A stretch of DNA of 64,000 nt. Origin: Chloroflexota bacterium. Lineage in GTDB: Bacteria > Chloroflexota > UBA11872 > VXNJ01. Numbering within the stretch: the stretch's first letter is position 1; each line of letters starts with the position of its first letter. The stretch lies in contig OZ253449.1 in the NCBI GenBank assembly GCA_965261345.1, positions 1,824,001 through 1,888,000 on the forward strand. Reading direction: 5' to 3'. The position numbers were made by a program, and so were the translations under genes. Below the pieces are notes generated by a model that worked only from the letters and a program-made list of their open reading frames with translations, did not search any database and was not told the DNA's origin. This document shows positions 18,806-27,605 of this stretch, piece after piece.

Positions 18806-19090
18806 TTAGACCCGGGTGAAGTTGGCCAGGTTTGAAACCATGATCCAGCCGCCGCTCTTGCCGGCATGGGCGCGCACCGCGGCGATCGCCCGCCCGACAT
18901 CCTCGCTGGCGACTCCAATCAAAAACGTGACATTACCGCGCCGCAGGAAGCCGCCGGCGGTGTTGATGCGAGTTACCCGCAACCCCTCGGCTAGCAGGCC
19001 CTGTTGTAGTCGATCGGCCGCGGCGTGGGTAACGATCGCCAATAAGGCCTTGGTTACGGTTGCAGCCGTCGGCGGGGATTGATCGGGCAT
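18806..19090 (-). CDS. Cyclic-di-AMP receptor, PII-like (DarA/PstA family), shortened
   Basis: 'KALLAIV...RVTRINTAGGFLRRGNVTFLIGV' matches the DarA/PstA signature TGGFL-xx-GNTT-F-xIG. ATG at 19090. Confidence 0.85.
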   Translation of the reverse strand: MPDQSPPTAATVTKALLAIVTHAAADRLQQGLLAEGLRVTRINTAGGFLRRGNVTFLIGVASEDVGRAIAAVRAHAGKSGGWIMVSNLANFTRV

Positions 19091-19234
19091 TCCGGTCCAA
19101 ATGGGTGTTGGTAATTTGCAGGACTCAATATATTGTCCGTTGCCGGCGCAGCCAATCAATCGGTCACGGATAATCGATGCATCAAAAAGTCCACAAAAAT
19201 TTGCGGGCAATTTCAAATTTCGGGGCTCACAACG

Positions 19235-20098
19235 ATGCGTAGCGCAACCACGCTGAACAGGTCTCAGCCGCGCACCCACTTGATCCTGCATGCTGCCGCA
19301 TTCGTGCTGGGTTTTACCGCATTGTTTTCAATTGCCGGATTCTCGTTCGGCATTGTTGGCAGCCTGGTTGACGAATATCGACCGATCATCAACGTGGTGG
19401 TGGGTCTGGCGCTGGCTGTTTTCGGCCTGCACATGGCCGGTCTTTTCCGCGAGTTGGCCTTCCGCCTAGCCGGACCCGCCGGTCCCGGTCGATTCGACCT
19501 GCTGCGCCGCGCGGTTGCCGGCGCCAGCGCCAGGTTGGCAGGTGTCCTGTACCGCCAGGGTCAGGTTGAGTTTTCCCCGACCCGGTCCGGTTACCGTTCC
19601 TCGTTTGCGGTTGGCGTTGCTTTCGCCCTCGGGTGGACACCTTGCGTGGGTTTTATTCTGGGCGGCATCCTCACCGCGGCCTACAACACCGAATCTGTTT
19701 TTGCGGCCTACCTATTACTGGTTGCCTACTCGCTCGGCCTGGGCATTCCCTTCCTGGCACTGGCGGCATTTACCGACCGGCTGCAGGGACCGCTGGCGGC
19801 AATGAGCCGCCGATCAAACCTGATTGCAATCATTTCTGGATTGCTGCTGACCGTCTTCGGTCTTTTCATCGCCTTCGACCTGGTTGGCCTGCTCTCGACC
19901 TACCTGTTGGCGGTCCCCTTCATAAGCGATGAATTCCTGCTCGACAGCTCGTCTAACATCGGCGTCTCCTGGCTGGTTCCGTCATTTGTGGCCGGATTAC
20001 TCTCATTCCTCTCGCCCTGCGTGCTACCGCTGGCCCCGGTCTACCTGGCGCATTTGACGGCCCGAGTTTCAGCCGATCAAATTGGCGTTGCCCCGTAG
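19235..20098 (+). CDS. ccdA: CcdA/DsbD-TM-type membrane thiol-disulfide transporter, circularly permuted
   Basis: Both redox motifs are present but in swapped order: GWTPCVGFILG is central and AGLLSFLSPCVLPL is C-terminal. Also 'LHAAAFVLGF' and 'AYSLGLGIPFL'. Confidence 0.85.
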   Translation: MRSATTLNRSQPRTHLILHAAAFVLGFTALFSIAGFSFGIVGSLVDEYRPIINVVVGLALAVFGLHMAGLFRELAFRLAGPAGPGRFDLLRRAVAGASARLAGVLYRQGQVEFSPTRSGYRSSFAVGVAFALGWTPCVGFILGGILTAAYNTESVFAAYLLLVAYSLGLGIPFLALAAFTDRLQGPLAAMSRRSNLIAIISGLLLTVFGLFIAFDLVGLLSTYLLAVPFISDEFLLDSSSNIGVSWLVPSFVAGLLSFLSPCVLPLAPVYLAHLTARVSADQIGVAP

Positions 20099-20186
20099 CG
20101 ACCGGTAATCTGAGTTTTTAAAGATCGCCATCGCCCAGGAGAAATGTTCGATTAATCGTCAATCGCCAGAATTCAACGCGGCCGCC

Positions 20187-21284
20187 TTGGTTGGCTTCCG
20201 CGACCAGATCGATGAATTCGACCGACAGATGGTCGAACTGCTCAACCGCCGGGCGGCGGTCGTTACTCAGATCGGACGCGCCAAGTCGGCCAGTGGAGAA
20301 CCGGTTTTTGTTCCCGCCCGGGAAGCCGATGTAATCCGCCGGGCGATTCTCCATTCGGCCGTCAATACCGAAGGCGCCCTTGGAGCCGAGGCTCTGGCGG
20401 CGATATTTACCCAAATAATCGCTGCCTGCCGTGCGCTGGAGAAGACTCTGCAGGTGGCCTACTTGGGCCCGCCGATGACGTTTAGCCACGATGCCGCCCG
20501 CAAGGTTTTTGGCGAGAACGCCGACTATGTGCCGGCCAATGCGATCGACTCGATATTTGCGCTGGTTTTTCGCGGCGACGCAGATTTTGGCGTGGTGCCG
20601 ATCGAAAACAGCGCCGCCGGCATGGTCGGCGACTCAATCGACGGATTCATGCGCCATGACGTGTCAGTTATCGCTGAGACCAGCGAAAGGATCGTCCACA
20701 ATCTGCTTTCGACCTCCGACCTGGGCGAAATACAGGCGGTCTACTCACATCCGCAGGCCCTCGCCCAATGTCAGGACTGGATCTCCCGTAACCTTCCCGC
20801 CGCCGAACGGGTAGAGGTTGCAAGCACCGCCGCCGCCGCGATTAAGGCCAGCACCGAGCCCAGATCAGCCGCGATTGGCCTTGAGGCCGCCGCCCTGGCC
20901 AATGGCCTTGACGTCGTGCGCCGCAACATCGAGGATTTTTCGGCTAACAGCACCCGTTTCTTTCTGCTTGGCAAGCGCGCCAACCCTGCCACCGGCAACG
21001 ACCGAACCGCAATGATCTTTGCGGTCAAAGACCGGGTGGGTGCCCTCCATGAGGTTTTGGGCGCGCTGCGTGATCGCAATGTCAACCTGTCCAATTTGCA
21101 ATCGCGGCCGGCGCGTGGACTGCCCGGCGCGATCGCTGGGCACTACGTCTTTTACGCCGAATTCGCCGGCCACCGCCTCGATCCCAGCGTGGCCGATGCG
21201 ATCGAGGCGGTTCGAGAGATGTGCTCGGAAGTGCGGATCATCGGGTCGTGGCCGGCCGAACTGCTCGGGGCACAACTCGTATAA
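20187..21284 (+). CDS. pheA: Bifunctional chorismate mutase/prephenate dehydratase
   Basis: CM domain 'RDQIDEFDRQMVELLNRRA'; PDT motifs 'AYLGPPMTFS', 'VPIENS', 'SHPQALAQC' and 'NSTRF'; ACT domain 'NLSNLQSRP'. The true start may be ATT at 20151. Confidence 0.95.
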   Translation: MVGFRDQIDEFDRQMVELLNRRAAVVTQIGRAKSASGEPVFVPAREADVIRRAILHSAVNTEGALGAEALAAIFTQIIAACRALEKTLQVAYLGPPMTFSHDAARKVFGENADYVPANAIDSIFALVFRGDADFGVVPIENSAAGMVGDSIDGFMRHDVSVIAETSERIVHNLLSTSDLGEIQAVYSHPQALAQCQDWISRNLPAAERVEVASTAAAAIKASTEPRSAAIGLEAAALANGLDVVRRNIEDFSANSTRFFLLGKRANPATGNDRTAMIFAVKDRVGALHEVLGALRDRNVNLSNLQSRPARGLPGAIAGHYVFYAEFAGHRLDPSVADAIEAVREMCSEVRIIGSWPAELLGAQLV

Positions 21285-21287
21285 GGG

Positions 21288-21545
21288 TTAGTGGCGCGGC
21301 CTTTTTTCGAGGATCAGCCGGGCCAGGAACCAAGCGGCAAAGCAGACCAATCCGATTGCGGCGACGACTAGGTACTGATCGGGATCTAGGTCAAAGAATG
21401 GCCAGAGCAGCAATCGGATTACAAAGAACGCGGCGTAGATAACAAACGTCACGTTGATCGACCAGAGCAGGCGGCGGCGGAAACCGGAGTGGATGATGAA
21501 TCCGCCGGCAATCGCCAGCGAGAGCAGGATCAATATCCGAAGCAA
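21288..21545 (-). CDS. Small membrane protein (about 3 TM)
   Basis: 85-aa hydrophobic ORF whose TTG start abuts the stop of the K+ channel gene. Confidence 0.65.
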   Translation of the reverse strand: MLRILILLSLAIAGGFIIHSGFRRRLLWSINVTFVIYAAFFVIRLLLWPFFDLDPDQYLVVAAIGLVCFAAWFLARLILEKRPRH

Positions 21546-22559
21546 TTAATCGTTCCCGAGGATGGAATCGGCGGCGCCGGATATTGCCGCCAGCGATGCC
21601 GGCGACCCAACCGCCACTATTAGATCGCCGCCGCCAATCCGGGTTTGCGGTCCGGGCAGCAATTCGACGTTGTCCACACCCTTCGCCAACGCCAGCACCG
21701 GCAGATTGGTGTCGGGTTCGCGCAGCAGTTCACCGACGCTTTCACCTACCAGCCTGGAACGCGGATGGACGCGCAATTGCTTCATCGAAATCGACCCGAT
21801 TTGATCATCTAGCAGGGCCTCAACCACCAGTCCGACCAGGGGAGTGGTCAACTTGGTCGCGATCGCCCGCGAACCGGCAGCATAGGGGGTGATCGCATCG
21901 TTGGCGCCGGCGCGCAACAACTTTTCGACCGCGGCGTCTTGTTCGGCCCGGGTAATTATTTGGATCTGCGGAGCAAGTGCCCGGGCCGAAAGGGTCACGA
22001 AGGCGTTTACCGAATCGGATCCGACCGCAGCGACCAGGCTGTCGGCGTTCTCAATACCGGCCTCGCGCAGGATTTCGTCCTCGCTGGCATCGCCGCCGAT
22101 CGTCGGGTAGCCAGCGCTGCGGGATCGTGCGGCGCCGGTCTCGTCGGGATCGATTACAACTACCTGGCGGCCGCTTGAAATCAGCTGGCGGGCTAACTCG
22201 GCGCCGAGCCGGCCGAACCCGCAGATTATGGTGTGTGCGTTCAATCGTCTGATCCTCCGCCGCGCCCGAGCGCTTCCGATCTCGCCGCGAACGACTCCGG
22301 TCACAAGATATTCGGCAAATTGGGTGATCGAATAGAGCGCCGCCGACACCCCGACAACAATCACTACGATGCTAATTACGGTGCCGGATGGAGTCAGCTC
22401 GCGCGGCGTGCCGTAACCGACGGTGGTAAGGGTGATCACCACCATGTAAACCGACTCGAGCAGCGACCAACCCTCGATGAAGTAGAAGGCTGCGGCGCCG
22501 GCCACCAAAAAGGCGATGCCAGCCGCCAGGGCGACCAGTTGGAGTTGGTGTCGGCGCAA
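21546..22559 (-). CDS. Potassium channel, 2TM pore plus RCK (TrkA-N/TrkA-C) domains (MthK-like)
   Basis: Selectivity filter TTVGYG; RCK_N 'IICGFGRLG' and 'GDASEDEILREAGIENA'; RCK_C 'SRLVGESV...PGPQTRIGGGDLIVAVG'. Start uncertain (ORF track gives 22703). Confidence 0.9.
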   Translation of the reverse strand: MRRHQLQLVALAAGIAFLVAGAAAFYFIEGWSLLESVYMVVITLTTVGYGTPRELTPSGTVISIVVIVVGVSAALYSITQFAEYLVTGVVRGEIGSARARRRIRRLNAHTIICGFGRLGAELARQLISSGRQVVVIDPDETGAARSRSAGYPTIGGDASEDEILREAGIENADSLVAAVGSDSVNAFVTLSARALAPQIQIITRAEQDAAVEKLLRAGANDAITPYAAGSRAIATKLTTPLVGLVVEALLDDQIGSISMKQLRVHPRSRLVGESVGELLREPDTNLPVLALAKGVDNVELLPGPQTRIGGGDLIVAVGSPASLAAISGAADSILGND

Positions 22560-22800
22560 ACTCGTCTTACTTACCCCCGGATTCTGGCAGAGAACCCATT
22601 GTCGGTAACCGGTGCTCGGCTCCAATCGCTGCACCCGACCGGCGGGCCTCGGACGGCAATGTTCCCACGTCCCGCGGGCGGTCAACTGGCGCCAATCGGG
22701 CAATCTGCCACCCGGATACGGTCGGCAAAATCCACCTACCTGGCAAGCGTTGCAATGTCAGTTAAGAATTGATTTGCAGGCGAAAGTCGTAATCTTACAT

Positions 22801-24579
22801 ATGGCGTCCCGACCGCGCTTTCGAACGGAAATCGCAACGAGTTGCCGGCTGCTGCTGCTCGCCGGCCTGTTGTTGCTTCTCGCATCCTGCCAGCAGACGA
22901 CCGAGACCGCAGTTAGCAGCCAGCCCCCGACCGCGGTGCCGACCCCGCTGCAAAAGGGATTCGAGTTGGCCCGTTTCCACGCCGAAACCGCCCAGCTGCT
23001 GCAGCAGGGAATTCGGGTCACCGCCACCGAAGCGGTTACCGACGAGGTGACCTGGAATATCGTGATCGAATCGCTCCCGTCGGCCGACCTGGTACGAATG
23101 TTTTTTGAGGCCGCCGGCCCCCAAACGGCCACGCTTGAGATCGCCGGCACCACCGACCGGATTTACATGCGTGGCCAAAATTCTGAGCAAACGATCGACT
23201 GGGTCAGCTTGCCGGCCACCGGCAGCGAAAAAAATACTTTCTTTGAGGGTGCCCCGGGCCTCGCCCTGCTTAACGCCGAGCGGCTCCTAAAGGCGTGGGA
23301 GGAAAAGCCGGCCACCGTCAGCTGCGGTGATGGGTTTACCTGCTATTCACTCATCTCCAGCCGAGAACCTGGGATCGAATTGCTGGTCAATGAGGATTCC
23401 TATGAGCTGGTCAGCTTCATTGAGGATGGCGACGCCGACGGCGAGGGTTTGCAATTCGATGTCAAATGGGCGGCCGAAATCAACATCGATCTGCCCGGCC
23501 AGGTTGACGAGAGCGAATTGTCACCAGAACAATTCCGCGACGTTTTCGTGAACCTGCTTGGCGCGGTTACCAACACCGCTCTGGAAACCGGCGCCTCACC
23601 CGCTGAGCTTGATATCGGCCAGGGATCGCCCGTGTTCCGTGATCTGGGCCGGCGCCTAATTGACCAGTTTTATGCAGGCGATCTGGAGTCGCTCTGGGAG
23701 CTGATGAACGAGGATTCACGTACCGGATTCGAGTCGGTAGAAAACCTTGCCGAGGCGCAGGCGGCGATGCTCGATTCGTTTGGTCGTGAAACGCTCGTCT
23801 ACGAGGAGTACATCACCCGGGTGGGTGAGTTCGAGATCTATGAGCGGATCGCTGGGATGGTTGATGCGGCCGGTCCGATTTCGCTGCGCATGGCATTTGA
23901 CGCCGACGGCCAGATCGCCGGATTCGACATCGACTACGCGGTAAGCGGCGAGCCGCCGATCGAAAATCCCAACGCCGACATTCCCTCCGACGTTCGCTTC
24001 GAACTCCCTTTTAGCGGCCAGTACGTAGTCCAGTGGGGCGGGCGCTTGTCGGTCCAGAACCGCCACGCGATTGATCCGCGGCAACAATTCGGCTATGACT
24101 TTGTCTTTTCTCGCAACGGTAGCCTGCATCGCGGCAGCGGTCTGGTCAATGAGGACTTCTTCTGTTTTGGCCAACCGGTGTTGGCCCCGACCACCGGGTC
24201 GGTGTTTCTCGTAACCGACGGTAGTCTGGACAACCCGCCGGGCTCCACTAGTCAATCGAGCGAATATGGGAACCATGTCGTACTCTCGCTGGGGGCTGGC
24301 CACTACGCCTTCCTAACCAACTTGCGCCTTGATTCGATCGCGGTGATCGAAGGACAGGTTGTAAACGCGGGCGAGAAGATCGGCGAATGCGGCAACAGCG
24401 GCGCATCGTCGTTTCCGCACATCCATCTGCACATCCAGGACGGCCCTGACCCGCTGCTCGCCTACGGGGTTCCGGCGCGATTTAGCGACTACGAAGTGGC
24501 CGGTTTTGGTCCGGTCACCACCGGCGAACCGACCTCGGGTCAAACGGTCGGCAACCGACCGGCCCAGGCCGGTCGCTAA
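22801..24579 (+). CDS. Lipoprotein with DUF3887-like domain and C-terminal M23 peptidase domain
   Basis: Lipobox LASC; 'FYAGDLESLWELM...FDADGQIAGF'; M23 motifs 'GQPVLAPTTGSV', 'GNHVVL' and 'GECGNSGASSFPHIHLH'. Confidence 0.8.
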   Translation: MASRPRFRTEIATSCRLLLLAGLLLLLASCQQTTETAVSSQPPTAVPTPLQKGFELARFHAETAQLLQQGIRVTATEAVTDEVTWNIVIESLPSADLVRMFFEAAGPQTATLEIAGTTDRIYMRGQNSEQTIDWVSLPATGSEKNTFFEGAPGLALLNAERLLKAWEEKPATVSCGDGFTCYSLISSREPGIELLVNEDSYELVSFIEDGDADGEGLQFDVKWAAEINIDLPGQVDESELSPEQFRDVFVNLLGAVTNTALETGASPAELDIGQGSPVFRDLGRRLIDQFYAGDLESLWELMNEDSRTGFESVENLAEAQAAMLDSFGRETLVYEEYITRVGEFEIYERIAGMVDAAGPISLRMAFDADGQIAGFDIDYAVSGEPPIENPNADIPSDVRFELPFSGQYVVQWGGRLSVQNRHAIDPRQQFGYDFVFSRNGSLHRGSGLVNEDFFCFGQPVLAPTTGSVFLVTDGSLDNPPGSTSQSSEYGNHVVLSLGAGHYAFLTNLRLDSIAVIEGQVVNAGEKIGECGNSGASSFPHIHLHIQDGPDPLLAYGVPARFSDYEVAGFGPVTTGEPTSGQTVGNRPAQAGR

Positions 24580-24582
24580 CCG

Positions 24583-25752
24583 GTGGGCTGGTCGGTTGCC
24601 CAAAAGACGGGCCTTACCTTCGCGCGTTCCCAGTTGGTCTACAACGGCTACACCCTGATCTGCCCGGCCGGCACCACAACGATCTATCTGATCGACATCC
24701 AGGGCAGGGTCGTTCACACTTGGCAACCGGACTTCTTCCGATGCAATCATGCCAAATTGCTGCCCAACGGGAACCTGCTGGCGCTGGGGCGTGAGAGCTC
24801 GATCGGCATGCCGTCTCCCCCGATGCCGGGCGATCCGGCCCTCCCCTTCCACGAGGATGTAAGGCGACTGGGCGCCAACGCCACCGAATTGCGTGAGCTG
24901 GATTGGGACGGCAATCAGGTATGGAGTCACCGCAATTGGTACCTGCATCACGACTTTGCGCGAACCGCCGACGGTCACACCTACGTGCTCGAGTTCGCCC
25001 AATTCTCAAAGGAGCTGACCGCCCGGGTCCAGGGTGGGTACACCCCGCCGGGCGAGGATCCGCCGGAGCAGTTGATCGGCGACGATGTGGTCGAACTTGA
25101 CCAGGCCGGTGCTGAGACCGGTCGCTGGTCGGTGCACGAATATCTGGACCCCGAAATCGACCGACTCTGCCCGCTCGACCTGCGCCATGAGTGGACCCAC
25201 GCCAACAGCATCGATGTCGACGGGGCGCGCCTGCTGCTCTCGCTACGCAACACCCATACGGTGCTGGTCCTCGACCGCGAGGCGGACGAAATCACCTGGC
25301 GCTATCAGTGGCCAAAGATCGCGCACCAGCACAACGCCACTTTCGTAAATGGCGGAAACGTACAGATTTTTGACAACGGCGCCCACGCCCCGCGGCTGCA
25401 GTATTCGTCGATCGTTGAGGTGGACCCGGAAACCAACGAGGAAGTGTGGCGCTACCGGGGGACTCCGAACGAGCAGTTTTTTTCCGGCCACTTATCGGGC
25501 GCCCAGCGGTTACCCAACGGCTCCGTCCTGATCTGCGAAGGTACATCCGGCCGTGTATTTGAAGTGCTGCGCCGCGGTGACGAGGTGTGGGAGTGGATCA
25601 GCCCGTTTACGGTCGGCCGCGCCAACGGAGAGGGCAATTCCTGGCTGTTCCGGGCCTATCGCTACGGATTGAGTTACCCGGCGTTTAAAAACCGACGGCT
25701 GGACCCGCAGGACCATGCGAGTCTGAATCGGAGCTATTCGCTGCTCGACTAG
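24583..25752 (+). CDS. Arylsulfotransferase (ASST)-family beta-propeller protein, no signal peptide
   Basis: 'YLIDIQGRVVHTW', 'HHDF', 'WTHANSI', 'HQHNA', 'FDNG', 'SGAQRLPNGSVLICEG' and 'FRAYRY'. Confidence 0.8.
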   Translation: MGWSVAQKTGLTFARSQLVYNGYTLICPAGTTTIYLIDIQGRVVHTWQPDFFRCNHAKLLPNGNLLALGRESSIGMPSPPMPGDPALPFHEDVRRLGANATELRELDWDGNQVWSHRNWYLHHDFARTADGHTYVLEFAQFSKELTARVQGGYTPPGEDPPEQLIGDDVVELDQAGAETGRWSVHEYLDPEIDRLCPLDLRHEWTHANSIDVDGARLLLSLRNTHTVLVLDREADEITWRYQWPKIAHQHNATFVNGGNVQIFDNGAHAPRLQYSSIVEVDPETNEEVWRYRGTPNEQFFSGHLSGAQRLPNGSVLICEGTSGRVFEVLRRGDEVWEWISPFTVGRANGEGNSWLFRAYRYGLSYPAFKNRRLDPQDHASLNRSYSLLD

Positions 25753-25771
25753 CCCGATCGGCGCCTGGAAA

Positions 25772-26488
25772 CTACAAACCCAGGGTGTTGAGCCATTTGC
25801 CGAACATCGCGGTCCCGGCATCGGCCAGCGGTCCGGCCCATAGATCGGCGCCACGGCGCAATTCGGCGACGGTCGATACTCGGCTCGACGAGATTTCAAA
25901 ACTGTGCCCCACCAGCCAGGGTTCGATTCCGCCGCGATCGGTCTCGGCGTGAAACTGCAGCGCCAGCGCGAAATCGCCAATCGCAAATGCCTGCACCGGG
26001 CAGGCCCGGGTACTGGCCAGCAGTTCGGCGCCGACCGGCAATTGACAGCAGTCGCCGTGCCAGTGCAGCACCCTGACTCCCTGGAGTTTGGCAAGTGGCG
26101 AGGTAAGCCCGGCGGTGGTGAGCTGGACTGGTCCGTAACCCAATTCCCGCTCGGCGCCGGGCGTGACCGCAGCTCCCATTGCCGATGCCATTAGCTGGGC
26201 GCCCAAGCATATCCCCAAGGTTGGCAGCTCATGTTCCAGGCGCCACTGCACGAGCTCGCGTTCAGATTGCAGGAACGGGTACTCAGGTTCCTGGTAGACG
26301 CCGATCGGCCCGCCCAGGACCACCACCAAGTCGACGCTCCGGGCCGAGTCGAGATCGTCGTCCCACGCATCCAGATAGGAGACCGTGTGGCCACGGCCGA
26401 CCAGCAATCCCTCAAGCAGGCCGAGGTCCTCGAACTGGAGGTGTCGAACGGCAATTACCCGCAGGGTGGCAGCGCTCCCCTCGGGCAC
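25772..26488 (-). CDS. Class I glutamine amidotransferase (stand-alone, GuaA-like)
   Basis: 'LGGPIGVY', nucleophile elbow GICLGAQL, 'HWHGD' and catalytic 'QFHAE'. Confidence 0.92.
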   Translation of the reverse strand: MPEGSAATLRVIAVRHLQFEDLGLLEGLLVGRGHTVSYLDAWDDDLDSARSVDLVVVLGGPIGVYQEPEYPFLQSERELVQWRLEHELPTLGICLGAQLMASAMGAAVTPGAERELGYGPVQLTTAGLTSPLAKLQGVRVLHWHGDCCQLPVGAELLASTRACPVQAFAIGDFALALQFHAETDRGGIEPWLVGHSFEISSSRVSTVAELRRGADLWAGPLADAGTAMFGKWLNTLGL

Positions 26489-26507
26489 CCGCCGGGCACT
26501 CGGCCTG

Positions 26508-27605
26508 CTAATGCCATCGCGCGAGTTGCCTACCTGGATCCAATAGGCGCAGTTGGTTTCCGCTGATCTCGATCAGGCCGGCGGCAACCGACCGATCGGT
26601 CACGCTCTGGGCAAATTCTGGCTGCCAACGCAGTCCCAGGTGCAGATGGGCAAGGGCGTTCTCCTCAAATTCACGATCGGTTCCTTCGTGGTTTAGGAGA
26701 TGGATAACGAGCATCATCTGGGCAAATTCAAGCGCTTGACGCCGCCGCCGCCGTTGCCGTGCGATTATCCCGCGGTGCGGGGAAAACAGGGCCGACAGCG
26801 CAAATTGTGCCCCGATCGCCGCCGCGATCGACCCGGCGATGGTGGTATCGAGAGACCATGCCGCCAGGTACCCGAGTCCGGCCGCGCTGGCACTGAGGCC
26901 AAGCGCCCAAATCAGCATCCGCGGCAGCGAATTTGTCAGCAATAGGGCCGTCGCCGGGGGACCCACCACCAGTGCAACGACCAGGATCGAACCGATAGCT
27001 TCGAACGCGGTCACTGCGGTGATTGAGACGACGGCGACCAGCCCGAGGCCGATCAACCCGGGCGCCAGTCCCAGGCTGGCGGCCAACGCTGGGTCAAAAC
27101 TGGATGCCTTCAACTCTTTCCAAAATACCCCCGTCAGCGTTGCGTTGATGGCCAGGGCGATGGCCAGATAGGCCATCGCGCGCGGGATATCCCAGTTGCC
27201 GAAGCCGATTCGATCAAACGGGGTCAGTCCGATTTCACCGGTCAAAACCACATCGGTGTCCAGGTGCACCGATCCCGCAAAGCGGGACACCAGCAGCACC
27301 GCGGCGGCAAAGAGCACCGGAAAGACCAACCCTATGGCCGCATCGGTGCGAACCAGGCGATGCCGCCCCAGGAGGTCCACCAACACGACCGTGAGTATCC
27401 CGATCAGCGCTGCGCCCAGGCGGAGCAGCGGCGAGGTCAGGTCACCAGCCAGAAAAAAAGCCAACACGATGCCGAGCAGCACGGTGTGCGAGATGGCATC
27501 GACCAGCATCGCCGAGCCGCGCAGCACCAGCCAGATCCCCGGCAGGCAGCATGCCCAGCTCACCAATACGGCAATGCCCAGCACCTCGGTTTGTCCAGCG
27601 GTCAT
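26508..27605 (-). CDS. Mn/Zn ABC permease (TroD/MntD-like) with C-terminal wHTH-like tail
   Basis: 'AMLVDAISHTVLLGI', 'HLDTDVVLTGEI', 'KELKASSFDP' and 'AFEAIGSILVV'. Confidence 0.9.
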   Translation of the reverse strand: MTAGQTEVLGIAVLVSWACCLPGIWLVLRGSAMLVDAISHTVLLGIVLAFFLAGDLTSPLLRLGAALIGILTVVLVDLLGRHRLVRTDAAIGLVFPVLFAAAVLLVSRFAGSVHLDTDVVLTGEIGLTPFDRIGFGNWDIPRAMAYLAIALAINATLTGVFWKELKASSFDPALAASLGLAPGLIGLGLVAVVSITAVTAFEAIGSILVVALVVGPPATALLLTNSLPRMLIWALGLSASAAGLGYLAAWSLDTTIAGSIAAAIGAQFALSALFSPHRGIIARQRRRRRQALEFAQMMLVIHLLNHEGTDREFEENALAHLHLGLRWQPEFAQSVTDRSVAAGLIEISGNQLRLLDPGRQLARWH

